Below, in pieces: positions 25,647-35,434 of a stretch of DNA of 51,533 nt. How positions within the stretch are numbered: the first letter of the stretch is position 1; each line of letters begins with the position of its first letter. Source of the stretch: Acutalibacteraceae bacterium (GTDB lineage Bacteria; Bacillota; Clostridia; Oscillospirales; Acutalibacteraceae). The translations under genes and the position numbers were made by a program. The stretch lies in NCBI GenBank assembly GCA_045648365.1, contig JAZRNX010000017.1, forward strand, positions 1 to 51,533, read 5' to 3'. The notes under the pieces were generated by a model, which was not told the origin of the DNA, did no database searches, and saw nothing but the letters and a program-made list of their open reading frames with translations.

Positions 25647-27356
25647 TTACTTATCGGAGAGGACAAGTTCGATTACTTGGGATTCCAAAGGAATCCATTC
25701 GTTACGAATAACAGGAATAGGTTCTTTATCAAATGCGAAATCAATATATTCGGAATCAAGCACCTTGCTATTATTGAATTCAACTTCTTTACCATCAAGA
25801 AGCACCTTGTCGCATTTCTTACCAACAGGTAAAAGGATATGGCAATCAACATGCTTTGAAGGGCAACGGAGTTCATAGGTCATCTTTTCCCCATCATACC
25901 AATAATTTGACTGCACCATAGTCTTAGAAACCTCATAACCGGTAGTGTATCGGATTTCATTATGTTCAGTAACTGCCCAACGGGGTGAGAATTTAAGGTC
26001 ACTAAAGCAGACACCTTCATCAACAATACCGGCAAGACCTGCATCAATGGCATCCATAACAGCACCTGCGCTCCAACCTGTAGGACCACCTGAAATATCA
26101 TTACCGGTTTCGGGGTCATAGAGGAAGTACATACTTCCAACCTTAGCAGTAAGGTCACGAACACGCTTAATGATATCCCAACCGTATGCCTCATGTCCAT
26201 TCATAAATGCGGCTTTAGCAAGTTCACCTGCAGTCATAGTAGAAATACCGCCATTTACATAATCTTTTGGGCGGTCGTTGCCGTAGGCATCCTTAAAGTG
26301 CTCATAAGGAGGATTGATACAATACCATTCAGCAAATGCGGGGAATGTATCTCTTCTTCTTTTATATTCACTAATTATTTTATCGTTCTGTTCAAGTGTT
26401 GTAACACCGCGATTCATGTCGTATGAGTTGGAAAGTGAAAGAATCTTAGTTTCATCAGCACCTTCAGCGCCATCGTGACCTAAATGTACTTGATGTGTAA
26501 AGAAATTACCGTTCCAGCAATACTTAATGAGGTTTTCACGAAGTTTTGCGGCTCTTTCGTCCCATTCACATGCTTTCTCCTCATTGCCGAGACGACGATT
26601 AAGCCAAGCCAGTTGAGTCATCGCCTGATATACACCAGAGTTATCGCCGTGCATAATTGACATGGGAGTATCTTCATGAATTTCACGATTTTTACCTGAA
26701 TCTGCACCATATGCAAAATCCCATGTATCCATAGTAAATGCACGCTTACAGAGACCATGCTCAGCATCCCAACGCTTAGGCGCACTGGTCATATAATCAA
26801 TGGATTTTTCAAGTTTAGGAAGAACCTTTCTAATCCATGCCTCATCGCCTGTTGCCTTATAAACCGTATAAGCGCCTTCAACAACGAGATACTCAACATC
26901 GGCTTCGATTTCAATACGAACAAGAGCAAGATGGTCATTAATAAATTTAGTTGTGGAAGGACAAATCTGCGAATGCATATTTGTTTCAATAACGGTTATC
27001 TCATAAAAATAACCTTCATCGCTCTGATTTTCTATCATGAAGTCAAGATAACTTTTGATATCGTACTCCCAATGCTTATATCCCTTCATTTCGTGAACAT
27101 GGTCACGAAGCCAGTTAATACTTGCCATTCTTGCTACACCATCAACAAAGAAAACGCGACGGTCCTTTGCGATAACCTGACGCAAATGCATCATAAAGCG
27201 GGCCCAAGAAGGTGTTGCAAAGATATTCGAAAGACTGATAATCTTCATACCTTTATCATCGGATGATAGCATTGTGGGAAGGCCAAATTCGCCTAAATTA
27301 TAATCGTTAGTGCCATCGTTAAACAAATGACACTCCGGAAGTTTGATTTCGCTCAT
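25647..27356 (-). CDS. cytoplasmic (alpha/alpha)6-barrel glycoside hydrolase-like protein, family uncertain
   Basis: 569 aa with no signal peptide. The central region is rich in W/D/E and shows six-hairpin glycosidase-like patterns (MHGDNSGVYQAMTQLAWLNRRLG, GGISTMTAGELAKA, GPTGWSAG). It is co-oriented with, and 87 nt downstream of, the solute-binding protein gene. Confidence 0.5.
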   Translation of the reverse strand: MSEIKLPECHLFNDGTNDYNLGEFGLPTMLSSDDKGMKIISLSNIFATPSWARFMMHLRQVIAKDRRVFFVDGVARMASINWLRDHVHEMKGYKHWEYDIKSYLDFMIENQSDEGYFYEITVIETNMHSQICPSTTKFINDHLALVRIEIEADVEYLVVEGAYTVYKATGDEAWIRKVLPKLEKSIDYMTSAPKRWDAEHGLCKRAFTMDTWDFAYGADSGKNREIHEDTPMSIMHGDNSGVYQAMTQLAWLNRRLGNEEKACEWDERAAKLRENLIKYCWNGNFFTHQVHLGHDGAEGADETKILSLSNSYDMNRGVTTLEQNDKIISEYKRRRDTFPAFAEWYCINPPYEHFKDAYGNDRPKDYVNGGISTMTAGELAKAAFMNGHEAYGWDIIKRVRDLTAKVGSMYFLYDPETGNDISGGPTGWSAGAVMDAIDAGLAGIVDEGVCFSDLKFSPRWAVTEHNEIRYTTGYEVSKTMVQSNYWYDGEKMTYELRCPSKHVDCHILLPVGKKCDKVLLDGKEVEFNNSKVLDSEYIDFAFDKEPIPVIRNEWIPLESQVIELVLSDK

Positions 27357-27443
27357 AAAATTTCTCCTTAAAAGGCATTAAAAAAGGCAGACAAAGCATC
27401 ACTCTGTCTGCCCCCTAGTACTAAAAGTACATTGACAATTAAG

Positions 27444-28904
27444 TTAGTTTACAATGTAATCCTTGCCTTTAACAGGTTTAAAGTTGGAATTGCTCAGCTG
27501 TTCCTCAATAAAAGCAATGTACTTAGGCTCATATTTATCAACAACCTTGTTAATGTCTTCACCGTTACGGATTTCATCAACCAAGTAGTTATGCAGATTA
27601 GAAGTGGTATCTTCAGATGAACTGTAGCAACCGTGACGGTTAGGAATTGTCTTGCCGGCCATAATCTTATCAAGAAGTGCCTGGTCGTCAGCGTCAAATT
27701 CGTCCTTGCCCTTAATAGTGGACTTATATGTTGCTTCAAAAGCTGCCCAAGTAAGAGCTATACGGGGGTCAGATCCTTCACCAGCGGCAATTGCATAATA
27801 CCAACCTGTAGGATATGCCTTAGAGGTATTCTCTTCAGGAAGAGGAATTGGAACGATTTCAAGATTCTTAACATTTTTATTGAACGCCATTGACTTCTTA
27901 ACCTTAGCTACAAGTCCTGGATACTTGGAAGACTCTTCGAAGTAAACATAGTTACGGCCTTCCATAAATGCCTTGGTGTAGTCAGAATTATCATTGGGCT
28001 GACCGATAGCATCGTTACCATTATAAATCTTCTGGATAAGCTGAAAAGCTTTAATGGTATTGGGGTGCTTGAGGTTGAGAACGGGCTTACCGTTTTCAAC
28101 AGTGATGGAGGAGGTGCCATAAATCTGGGTTATAATAAAGAAGTCAGCAAGGTAATAGATGTTCTGAGAAGCATCGGTTACTTCGTGACCCTGCTCAAAT
28201 ATCTTATCCCAAGTCCACTTGCCTTCATTGTAAAGTGTTCTGGGGTCTTCAAGACCTGCTTTATTAAAGAGGGCCTTGTTGTAATAGAAAATGTCAGGGA
28301 ATGCGCAGTTGTTATCGCATACGCCGTAGAGCTTACCGTTCCAACGGAACTTTTCGGTCTTTTCCATATTGAGCGCAGAGGTATCAACCTGTTTCATAGC
28401 ATCGGTAAGGTCTGCATACACACCAGCTATTTGACCTGCGGGGAAGAATACACCGTGAACATAACAAATATCATAGGGTTCGCCTGTACTCATACGCTGA
28501 GCAACCTGATTGTTGTATCCATCGTTGAATTTAAGGTTAAAAGTCTTAACCTTACAACCATACTCGGTCTGGAATGCGGAAATCATCGCCTTGAAAGAAG
28601 TAGTATTATACTGGTCTTCTTCGGTGATTGCCATAGTTACAGTTTTACCTTTAAGGTCAAAGTCGGTCTTAATTTTGTCGCTTGATGTTGCGCCAGCATC
28701 TTTACCGGGGGTCTTATCCTTGTCTTTGTTAGATGAAGTCTTATTATCACTTACATCCTCGCCAGATTCGGTTTCCTCATCTTCTACTTCTTCATCAACA
28801 TAGTAGTAAGAATAGTAGGATTCGTCACCGGAATCTTTGGAGCATGCAGTGAGAGGTAAAATCATCATTACCAACACAAGAATGCACGCAAGAATTCTTT
28901 TCAT
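27444..28904 (-). CDS. ABC transporter extracellular solute-binding lipoprotein (sugar-type, family 1)
   Basis: Signal peptide with lipobox LTAC, a ~60-aa acidic/Ser-rich linker, then a ~400-aa periplasmic-binding-protein-like region. Confidence 0.8.
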   Translation of the reverse strand: MKRILACILVLVMMILPLTACSKDSGDESYYSYYYVDEEVEDEETESGEDVSDNKTSSNKDKDKTPGKDAGATSSDKIKTDFDLKGKTVTMAITEEDQYNTTSFKAMISAFQTEYGCKVKTFNLKFNDGYNNQVAQRMSTGEPYDICYVHGVFFPAGQIAGVYADLTDAMKQVDTSALNMEKTEKFRWNGKLYGVCDNNCAFPDIFYYNKALFNKAGLEDPRTLYNEGKWTWDKIFEQGHEVTDASQNIYYLADFFIITQIYGTSSITVENGKPVLNLKHPNTIKAFQLIQKIYNGNDAIGQPNDNSDYTKAFMEGRNYVYFEESSKYPGLVAKVKKSMAFNKNVKNLEIVPIPLPEENTSKAYPTGWYYAIAAGEGSDPRIALTWAAFEATYKSTIKGKDEFDADDQALLDKIMAGKTIPNRHGCYSSSEDTTSNLHNYLVDEIRNGEDINKVVDKYEPKYIAFIEEQLSNSNFKPVKGKDYIVN

Positions 28905-29006
28905 TGCTTGTTTCTCCTTTTATAATTTTTTATATATGTAGCAGCAAACATTCAAACTGCAACTACAACGAAATATGTACGCGAATGAATCCCTCCTCGC
29001 AAGTCA

Positions 29007-29036
29007 ATTATACTATACTACTGCACAAAATGTCAA
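29007..29036 (-). promoter_or_regulatory. sigma-A promoter of the SBP-glycosidase operon
   Basis: The minus strand reads TTGACA-N18-TATAAT, leaving a leader of about 100 nt. Confidence 0.5.
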
Positions 29037-29168
29037 GACATTGATTTATAGTTTTTGCACATTTTGGTGGTATTTTCGACCTAAATTTACAAACTGTTAA
29101 CAATTGGTTAATAAAATGCTAAAACTTTCAAAAACAAAAGGCGTTCTCAACTGAAAACACCTTGAAAA

Positions 29169-29708
29169 TCATTTGAAAAACAAGGGTAATTCTTCTAGGA
29201 AAATAACATCGTCGCGTTTTGCTGCGTCACCTTCCGCAAGGAAGAAGCAAGAGGCAGCTTCAATCGCGCCCGCCTTCTCAACAAGCTTTCTTACAGCGGT
29301 CAAAGACTCACCGGTGCTCACAACATCATCCACGATAAGAATTCTTTTTCCCTTCATAAGATTTGCTTCGGTTTCACCTAAATACAGATGCTGTTCATTC
29401 TTAGTGGTTATTGATGTAACCGAAACATCAATGGAGTTGCGCATATATACCTTAACGCCCTTTCGAGCGACAACATAAGGTTTACCGGACTGGCGCGCCA
29501 TCTCATAAGCCATAGGTATGCTTTTGGCTTCGGGAGTGAGAATAATATCAAACTCGGGCACTTTCTTAAGCAATTCGGCACAACCTGCAATGGTTAATTC
29601 AACATCGCCGAAAATAATAAATGCGGCAATATCTAAATTTTCATTAACGGGGAATTTTTCAAGCTTTCTCTCAAGACCTGCTATTTTTAAAGTATAATAC
29701 TCTGACAT
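29169..29708 (-). CDS. type I phosphoribosyltransferase (adenine/purine PRT-like)
   Basis: PRPP-binding motif ILIVDDVVSTGES. It is about 179 aa from ATG 29708, which has GAGGTG upstream; the track start is 29717. Confidence 0.75.
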   Translation of the reverse strand: MSEYYTLKIAGLERKLEKFPVNENLDIAAFIIFGDVELTIAGCAELLKKVPEFDIILTPEAKSIPMAYEMARQSGKPYVVARKGVKVYMRNSIDVSVTSITTKNEQHLYLGETEANLMKGKRILIVDDVVSTGESLTAVRKLVEKAGAIEAASCFFLAEGDAAKRDDVIFLEELPLFFK

Positions 29709-29733
29709 ATTCAACACCTCATATTATTAGTTA

Positions 29734-30075
29734 TCAACCCGGAGGCCATTGCAAATTGCGACGGGCGAGCAAATGAAAATGTATGTGCCCCACTGTCTGA
29801 CCGCCGTCCTTACCGCAGTTATTCACAATACGGTAGCCGCTTTCGAGATTTTCCTCTTTTGCAATTTTTGCAATGGCTTCAAATACTTTAGCGATATATA
29901 TGCTATTTTCACCATTTATTTCATCGGCAGATGAAATATGAATTTTGGGGATAACGATTGCATGAAAAGGAGCCTTGGGGTCAATATCAAGGAAAGCATA
30001 AACAAATTTATCTTCGTAAATCTTCGAACTGGGAATTTCCCCATTCATAATTTTACAAAATAAACAATCGCTCAT
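29734..30075 (-). CDS. HIT-family (histidine triad) protein
   Basis: 113 aa with CLFCKI at the N-terminus and the HIHFHLL triad. There is a TAATG overlap with the alaS stop. Confidence 0.9.
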   Translation of the reverse strand: MSDCLFCKIMNGEIPSSKIYEDKFVYAFLDIDPKAPFHAIVIPKIHISSADEINGENSIYIAKVFEAIAKIAKEENLESGYRIVNNCGKDGGQTVGHIHFHLLARRNLQWPPG

Positions 30076-32696
30076 TATTTAATCATTCCTTCAACAATAG
30101 AAATAACACTATCTAACGCTTCTTGCGCTTTAGCAACATCTTTACCGCCTGCCATAGCGCTATCGGGTTTACCGCCACCGTTACCACCAGCAATTTTAGC
30201 GATTTCGCGAACAAGATTACCTGCATGTACACCGAGTGCTAAGGCGGATTTACCAACGCCCGCACAGAAGGTAAGTTTTTCACCGTTAACCGAAGCAAAA
30301 ACAACAACGGCATTATCGTTTTCCGATTTAACGGCATCTATCATTTTGCGGAGCTCATCGGGAGCAGTACCATCAAATTTGGCAGAAACAACTTTAGCGC
30401 CACCGATTTCTTTCGCATCAGACATAATATCGTTAAGTTTGCCAGAAGCAAGTTTTGACTCTAGTGTTTCAATCTTTTTAGAATCTTCTTTCATCTGTTT
30501 AACCGCAGAAGTAACTTTATTAGCTACATCCTCAATATTGCTGATTTTAAGAACAGATGCAGTATCAACCAAAATGGATTTATAGTGATTTAAAAGTTCA
30601 AGAACATTAAAACCGGTATATGCCTCAATTCTTCTGGTACCTGCAGCTATACCGCTTTCGGAAATAATTCTGAAAAGACCGATTTTTGCAGTGTTATCAA
30701 CATGAGTGCCTCCGCAAAGTTCAGTAGAGAATTCCCCTGCTTTAACAACACGAACTATATCACCGTATTTTTCACCGAACAAAGCCATAGCACCAAGGGC
30801 TCTTGCCTCATCAATAGGCATCTCGCTGTTATCAACAATAATTCCTTCAAGAATTGCGGCATTAACGAGATTTTCAACTTTTTCTAATTCATCAGAAGTT
30901 AGAGCAGAAAAATGAGTAAAATCAAAACGAACAGATTTATCGTTAACCAACTGACCAGCCTGCTCAACATGGGTGCCAAGCACCTTACGAAGCGCAGCCT
31001 GAAGCAAATGAGCGGCGGTATGGTTGCGTCGGATTGCCTCTCGACGAGCAACATCAATAGAAACAGTTACTTTATCGCCGACAGATACTGTTCCGTTAGC
31101 AACATCAACCTGATGGGTGAAAACACCACCCGCGGTTTTCTTGGTATCATCAACATCAAAGGAAAGAGAGCCAACTTTAATAGCACCTTTATCCCCTACC
31201 TGACCACCGCTTTCGGCATAGCAAACTGTTTTATCAAGAACAATAATCGCCTTGCAATTAGTAGCGGACGAAGAATGCTCACCGTCACAGACAATATCAA
31301 GAACTGTAGCATCACATTCATTTTGAGTATAACCCAAAAAATCTGTTGCGGCAATATTTTCAAAGTTAATACCGACACTACTCCAACTTTCACCGTCGGA
31401 CGCCTTACGGGATGCTCTTGCCATTTCTCTCTGGCGTTTCATATGCTCGTTAAACCCTTCTTCATCAACAGTCATACCTTTTTCGGCAAGGATATCTTTA
31501 GTTAAGTCAAAGGGGAAACCGTAGGTATCATAAAGTTTAAAAGCATCTTCACCTGAAAGCATACCACCATTTGCGGTAAGTTCAGAAAGAATATTTAGTC
31601 CTTGGTCGATAGTTTTAGAAAAACTTGCCTCTTCGTTTGAAATAACCTTCTTAATAAGGTCTTGCTTTTCTACGAGTTCAGGGTATCCCGATTTATTTTC
31701 TGCAATAACCGCCTCACACATTTCCTCAAGGAATGGACGCTCAATACCGATAAGGCGTCCATGACGAGCGGCTCTTCTGATAAGGCGGCGAAGAACATAT
31801 CCTCTACCCTCGTTAGAAGGAATAATACCGTCACTAATCATAAATGTGGAGGCGCGAGCGTGGTCGGTAATGGCGCGGATAGAAATATCAGTGTTTTTAT
31901 CACTACCATATTCTTTACCTGAAATCTCGCAAACCTTATTGAGAATATTACGAACTGTATCAACCTCAAACATATTATCAACGCCCTGCATAACGCAAGC
32001 AAGACGCTCAAGACCCATACCGGTATCAATATTCTTATGTTCGAGTTCGGTATAAGTACCGTCACCTTGATTATTAAACTGAGTGAATACATTGTTCCAG
32101 ATTTCCATATATCTGTCACAATCACAACCGGGTTTACAGTCGGGCGAACCACAGCCGTATTTCTCGCCTCGGTCAAAATAAATTTCACTACAAGGACCGC
32201 ATGGACCCGTTCCATGCTCCCAGAAGTTATCGGCTTTACCGAGTTTAACAATTCTCTCCTCAGGAACGCCGATTACATCACGCCATAAAGCGTATGCTTC
32301 ATCGTCCTCTTCGTAAACAGAAGGCCAAAGCAAATTCTCGGGGATTTCGAGGTCTCTTGTTAAAAACTCCCAAGCCCACGGAATAGCTTCATTTTTGAAA
32401 TAGTCTCCAAAAGAAAAGTTGCCGAGCATTTCAAAATATGTGCCGTGACGAGCAGTATGGCCAACTCTCTCAAGGTCGGGTGTACGGATACATTTCTGAC
32501 ATGTTGTAACCCTAGTTGAAGGGGGAGTAACTTCACCTGTGAAATATTTTTTCATAGGTGCCATGCCCGAATTAATGAGAAGAAGTGATTTATCGTTATT
32601 AGGAACGAGTGAAAAACTACCAAGTCTTAAATGGCCTTTTGATTCAAAAAAGGAAAGGTATCTTTCTCTAAGTTCGTTAAGTGACATCCATTTCAT
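30075..32696 (-). CDS. alaS: alanine--tRNA ligase
   Basis: Class II core, editing domain (HTAAHLL...CGGTH) and a C-terminal DHHA1-like domain. I prefer the start at ATG 32696 (MKWMSLNELR); ATG 32687 is also possible and the track start 32720 is over-extended. Confidence 0.95.
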   Translation of the reverse strand: MKWMSLNELRERYLSFFESKGHLRLGSFSLVPNNDKSLLLINSGMAPMKKYFTGEVTPPSTRVTTCQKCIRTPDLERVGHTARHGTYFEMLGNFSFGDYFKNEAIPWAWEFLTRDLEIPENLLWPSVYEEDDEAYALWRDVIGVPEERIVKLGKADNFWEHGTGPCGPCSEIYFDRGEKYGCGSPDCKPGCDCDRYMEIWNNVFTQFNNQGDGTYTELEHKNIDTGMGLERLACVMQGVDNMFEVDTVRNILNKVCEISGKEYGSDKNTDISIRAITDHARASTFMISDGIIPSNEGRGYVLRRLIRRAARHGRLIGIERPFLEEMCEAVIAENKSGYPELVEKQDLIKKVISNEEASFSKTIDQGLNILSELTANGGMLSGEDAFKLYDTYGFPFDLTKDILAEKGMTVDEEGFNEHMKRQREMARASRKASDGESWSSVGINFENIAATDFLGYTQNECDATVLDIVCDGEHSSSATNCKAIIVLDKTVCYAESGGQVGDKGAIKVGSLSFDVDDTKKTAGGVFTHQVDVANGTVSVGDKVTVSIDVARREAIRRNHTAAHLLQAALRKVLGTHVEQAGQLVNDKSVRFDFTHFSALTSDELEKVENLVNAAILEGIIVDNSEMPIDEARALGAMALFGEKYGDIVRVVKAGEFSTELCGGTHVDNTAKIGLFRIISESGIAAGTRRIEAYTGFNVLELLNHYKSILVDTASVLKISNIEDVANKVTSAVKQMKEDSKKIETLESKLASGKLNDIMSDAKEIGGAKVVSAKFDGTAPDELRKMIDAVKSENDNAVVVFASVNGEKLTFCAGVGKSALALGVHAGNLVREIAKIAGGNGGGKPDSAMAGGKDVAKAQEALDSVISIVEGMIK

Positions 32697-32733
32697 AATT
32701 TTACATCCCTTAAAATACAAAATATACTAAAAT

Positions 32734-32762
32734 ATTATATACCTTATTTTCCCTTTTGTCAA
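32734..32762 (-). promoter_or_regulatory. consensus sigma-A promoter of alaS
   Basis: The minus strand reads TTGACA-N17-TATAAT, leaving only about 37 nt of leader before the start codon. Confidence 0.6.
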
Positions 32763-32772
32763 CGATAAACAA

Positions 32773-32804
32773 GGAAAAAACCGCCACTTGATATGGCGGT
32801 TTTA
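32773..32804 (-). terminator. intrinsic terminator after the Xaa-Pro peptidase gene
   Basis: ACCGCCA-cttgata-TGGCGGT followed on the minus strand by TTTTTT. Confidence 0.75.
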
Positions 32805-32809
32805 TTTAA

Positions 32810-33880
32810 TTAAAGAATAATAAGTTTTTTGTCGCTACCGGTTATATCAATACAACCGCTTTCAGTAACATACACCATATCCTCTATGCGAACACCAAAT
32901 TTGTTTTCAAGATAAATTCCAGGCTCAACGGTCATTACAGTTCCCTTTTTAAGAACGGTTTCGCAACGGGTATTAAAGCAGGGATTTTCGTGAATTTCTA
33001 TACCCACACTGTGACCGAGTCCGTGACCGAAACAACCTTCATAACCCGCGCCGTTAATGATATCTCGAGCAACCTTATCAATATCTTTACAAATCACATT
33101 CGGTTTTACCGCTTTAATTGCCTCAACCTGCGCCTTTAAAACGGTTTCGTATACACGAAGTTGCTCGTCAGAAACATTACCTACCGCAACCGTTCTTGTC
33201 ATGTCAGAACGGTACCCGCCTACAACTGCACCAAAATCCATTGTGACAAAGTCGCCGTCTTCAATTTTCTTTTCTGTAGGTACCCCGTGAGGCAACGAGG
33301 AATTTTTACCTGAAACTACGATAAAATCGAAAGACACGCCTTCACTGCCGAGTTTTCGCATATAAAATTCCATATCAAGCATTACTTCAATTTCACTTCT
33401 GCCCGGCTCAATTCGGTCGATAATATATGAGAATGTGTCATCTGTGATTACTTGCGCCTTCTTAATTAATTCAAGTTCTCCTTCGGTTTTAACGCTTCTC
33501 ATTTCTTCAAGAAGCACATCAAATTTTTTATCATCAGAAACCGAAAATTCGGAAATCGCGTTTTTAAGAGAAGCAAAATCGTTAACACTTGTATTATAAG
33601 TTTCCACATATACTGTGTCTACACTGTGTTTTTTAAGTAACGCATTAATTTCTCCACTAACTCTTTCAGAAAGCATTACCCTACAAGAATCAACAACAGA
33701 CTTAGCCTTCTCAAAATATCTAAAATCAATTAGAAAATATGCACTATCCTTAGTTACTAAAACCTTACCCGCACTGGATTCAAAACCCGTTAAATAAAAT
33801 CGGTTAGAATGAGAAGTGACCAGTAACGCTTCATTATTTTGAAGTTCTTCCTGAATTTTATTAATTCTTTCTTTAATCAT
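32810..33880 (-). CDS. M24-family Xaa-Pro aminopeptidase/dipeptidase
   Basis: Creatinase-like N-domain plus a pita-bread fold with metal ligands (DFGAVVGGYRSDMTRT, HGLGHSVG, VEPG, IED). I set the start at ATG 33880, which has AGGTGA 5 nt upstream; the track's GTG 33889 lies within that RBS. Confidence 0.85.
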   Translation of the reverse strand: MIKERINKIQEELQNNEALLVTSHSNRFYLTGFESSAGKVLVTKDSAYFLIDFRYFEKAKSVVDSCRVMLSERVSGEINALLKKHSVDTVYVETYNTSVNDFASLKNAISEFSVSDDKKFDVLLEEMRSVKTEGELELIKKAQVITDDTFSYIIDRIEPGRSEIEVMLDMEFYMRKLGSEGVSFDFIVVSGKNSSLPHGVPTEKKIEDGDFVTMDFGAVVGGYRSDMTRTVAVGNVSDEQLRVYETVLKAQVEAIKAVKPNVICKDIDKVARDIINGAGYEGCFGHGLGHSVGIEIHENPCFNTRCETVLKKGTVMTVEPGIYLENKFGVRIEDMVYVTESGCIDITGSDKKLIIL

Positions 33881-33889
33881 AATTTTCAC

Positions 33890-35302
33890 CTATAATTCAC
33901 TTAATAGTTCGCAAATAAACTCATAAACTCTTTTTACTGAAGAAATAGAAATTCTTTCTCTTGGTGTATGAATATCCCACATATCAGGACCAATAGAAAC
34001 GGCATCAAGGTTGCTGATTTTATCTCCTAAGATGCCACACTCAAGTCCCGCATGAATAGTTTCAACAACAGGATTCTTACCGTAAAGCTTTTTATAAACC
34101 GAAACCATGGTATCTCTTAATGGAGAGTTCTTACGATATTCCCACGCGGGATAATGGCCATGTTCACCAAATGTTCCGCCAAAGTTATCAGCAATATTTT
34201 TTAATTTAACAAGCAATTTGGTTTTTTCCGAATTTACAGAACTTCTTACTGCAAAACTTGCATGAACACCTTCGCAATCAGTAAACAAAATTCCAAGATT
34301 TAACGAGGTTTCAACAAGTCCTTCAATATCTTTACTCATTGCTTGAATTCCGTTAGGAACTGTGCATAGAAACTCTGTAATCTTTTTGGAATCAGCTAAA
34401 GAAAATGCTATTTTGTTTTCCGTAACACGATTTACCAAGACACTAAGATTGTTATCCGTTTCGATTCTATTTATGAAAACAAAATCATCAACCAATAAAG
34501 TTGGGTCACCATCGCAAAAAACAGTACATTTACTGCTTCTGGGTATAGCGTTATCTTTATGTCCGCCACAAATTTCTACAATATTATATTTGTAAGGTAA
34601 CTCATGCAAAAATTTACCCAATATAACATTGGCATTAAGGCGTCCTTTATCAATTTCAACGCCCGAGTGACCACCAATTAGTCCAGATACAGCGATTTCA
34701 TAACAATTACCCAAAACGCTTTCATAATTAATTGGAATGCTGATTTCTGCTCTAGCGCCACCTGCGCATCCTACTGTAAAAACGCCCTCATTTTCAGAAT
34801 CTATATTTATAAGCGTTTTACCGTTTAAGGTAGCAGTATCTAAACCGACAGCACCGTACATACCGGTCTCCTCATCTGTTGTAAACAGAGCCTCTATAGG
34901 CGGATGTTTTAAGGAGCTATCCTCAAGAATAGCCAGAACCATAGCAACTGCAATTCCATCATCCCCGCCAAGAGTAGTACCGTTTGCCGAAATAAAATCG
35001 CCCGATACATTTAACTGAATGGCTTCCTTTAAAAAATTGATATTGCAATTATCATCCTTTTCACAAACCATATCCAGATGGCCTTGTAAAATAACTGTAG
35101 GCTTATCTTCATAGCCTTGAGCGGCGTCTTTTTTTATAATAATATTAAAATGCTCATCAGTACTGCACTCAAGCCCAAGATTTTCGGCAACACTTATGCA
35201 ATATTTACTAATTGCCTCACAGTTGCCAGACCCGTGCGGAATACCACAGATATTTTCAAAATAATAAAATACTCTTTCAGGTTTTATTCCCGATAAAATC
35301 AA
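33890..35302 (-). CDS. pepD: aminoacyl-histidine dipeptidase (M20C, PepD-like)
   Basis: N-terminal FENICGIPHGSGN, HLDMV, TTDEETGM and GGxN motifs typical of PepD. It uses a TTG start with GGGAG 8 nt upstream. Confidence 0.85.
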   Translation of the reverse strand: MILSGIKPERVFYYFENICGIPHGSGNCEAISKYCISVAENLGLECSTDEHFNIIIKKDAAQGYEDKPTVILQGHLDMVCEKDDNCNINFLKEAIQLNVSGDFISANGTTLGGDDGIAVAMVLAILEDSSLKHPPIEALFTTDEETGMYGAVGLDTATLNGKTLINIDSENEGVFTVGCAGGARAEISIPINYESVLGNCYEIAVSGLIGGHSGVEIDKGRLNANVILGKFLHELPYKYNIVEICGGHKDNAIPRSSKCTVFCDGDPTLLVDDFVFINRIETDNNLSVLVNRVTENKIAFSLADSKKITEFLCTVPNGIQAMSKDIEGLVETSLNLGILFTDCEGVHASFAVRSSVNSEKTKLLVKLKNIADNFGGTFGEHGHYPAWEYRKNSPLRDTMVSVYKKLYGKNPVVETIHAGLECGILGDKISNLDAVSIGPDMWDIHTPRERISISSVKRVYEFICELLSEL

Positions 35303-35434
35303 AACTATAACTCCCTTGCCATCATTTTTTTAATTATATCCCCTTTTTTTGCTAAAATCAATAGCAAACACTTTAATATTGAATTTATCAGTTGGTTATG
35401 ATAAAATTATAGACAAGCATGGGAGGTGGAGTTA

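Noticed and set aside
28065-28685. 206-aa ORF on the plus strand.
   Set aside because: It lies entirely antisense to the well-supported solute-binding protein gene. It has no RBS and a low-complexity, Cys/Ile-rich translation. The same reasoning applies to other long antisense or out-of-frame track ORFs: 30912-31505, 31838-32251, 26757-27266, 25880-26200, 10983-11456, 5707-6123, 47835-48320, 41287-41634, 2543-2893 and 48970-49341.
28905-29168. 41-codon plus-strand ORF (ATG at about 28975) in the 264-nt intergenic region.
   Set aside because: It has no Shine-Dalgarno sequence. The region is better explained as the promoter and ~100-nt leader of the minus-strand SBP operon.
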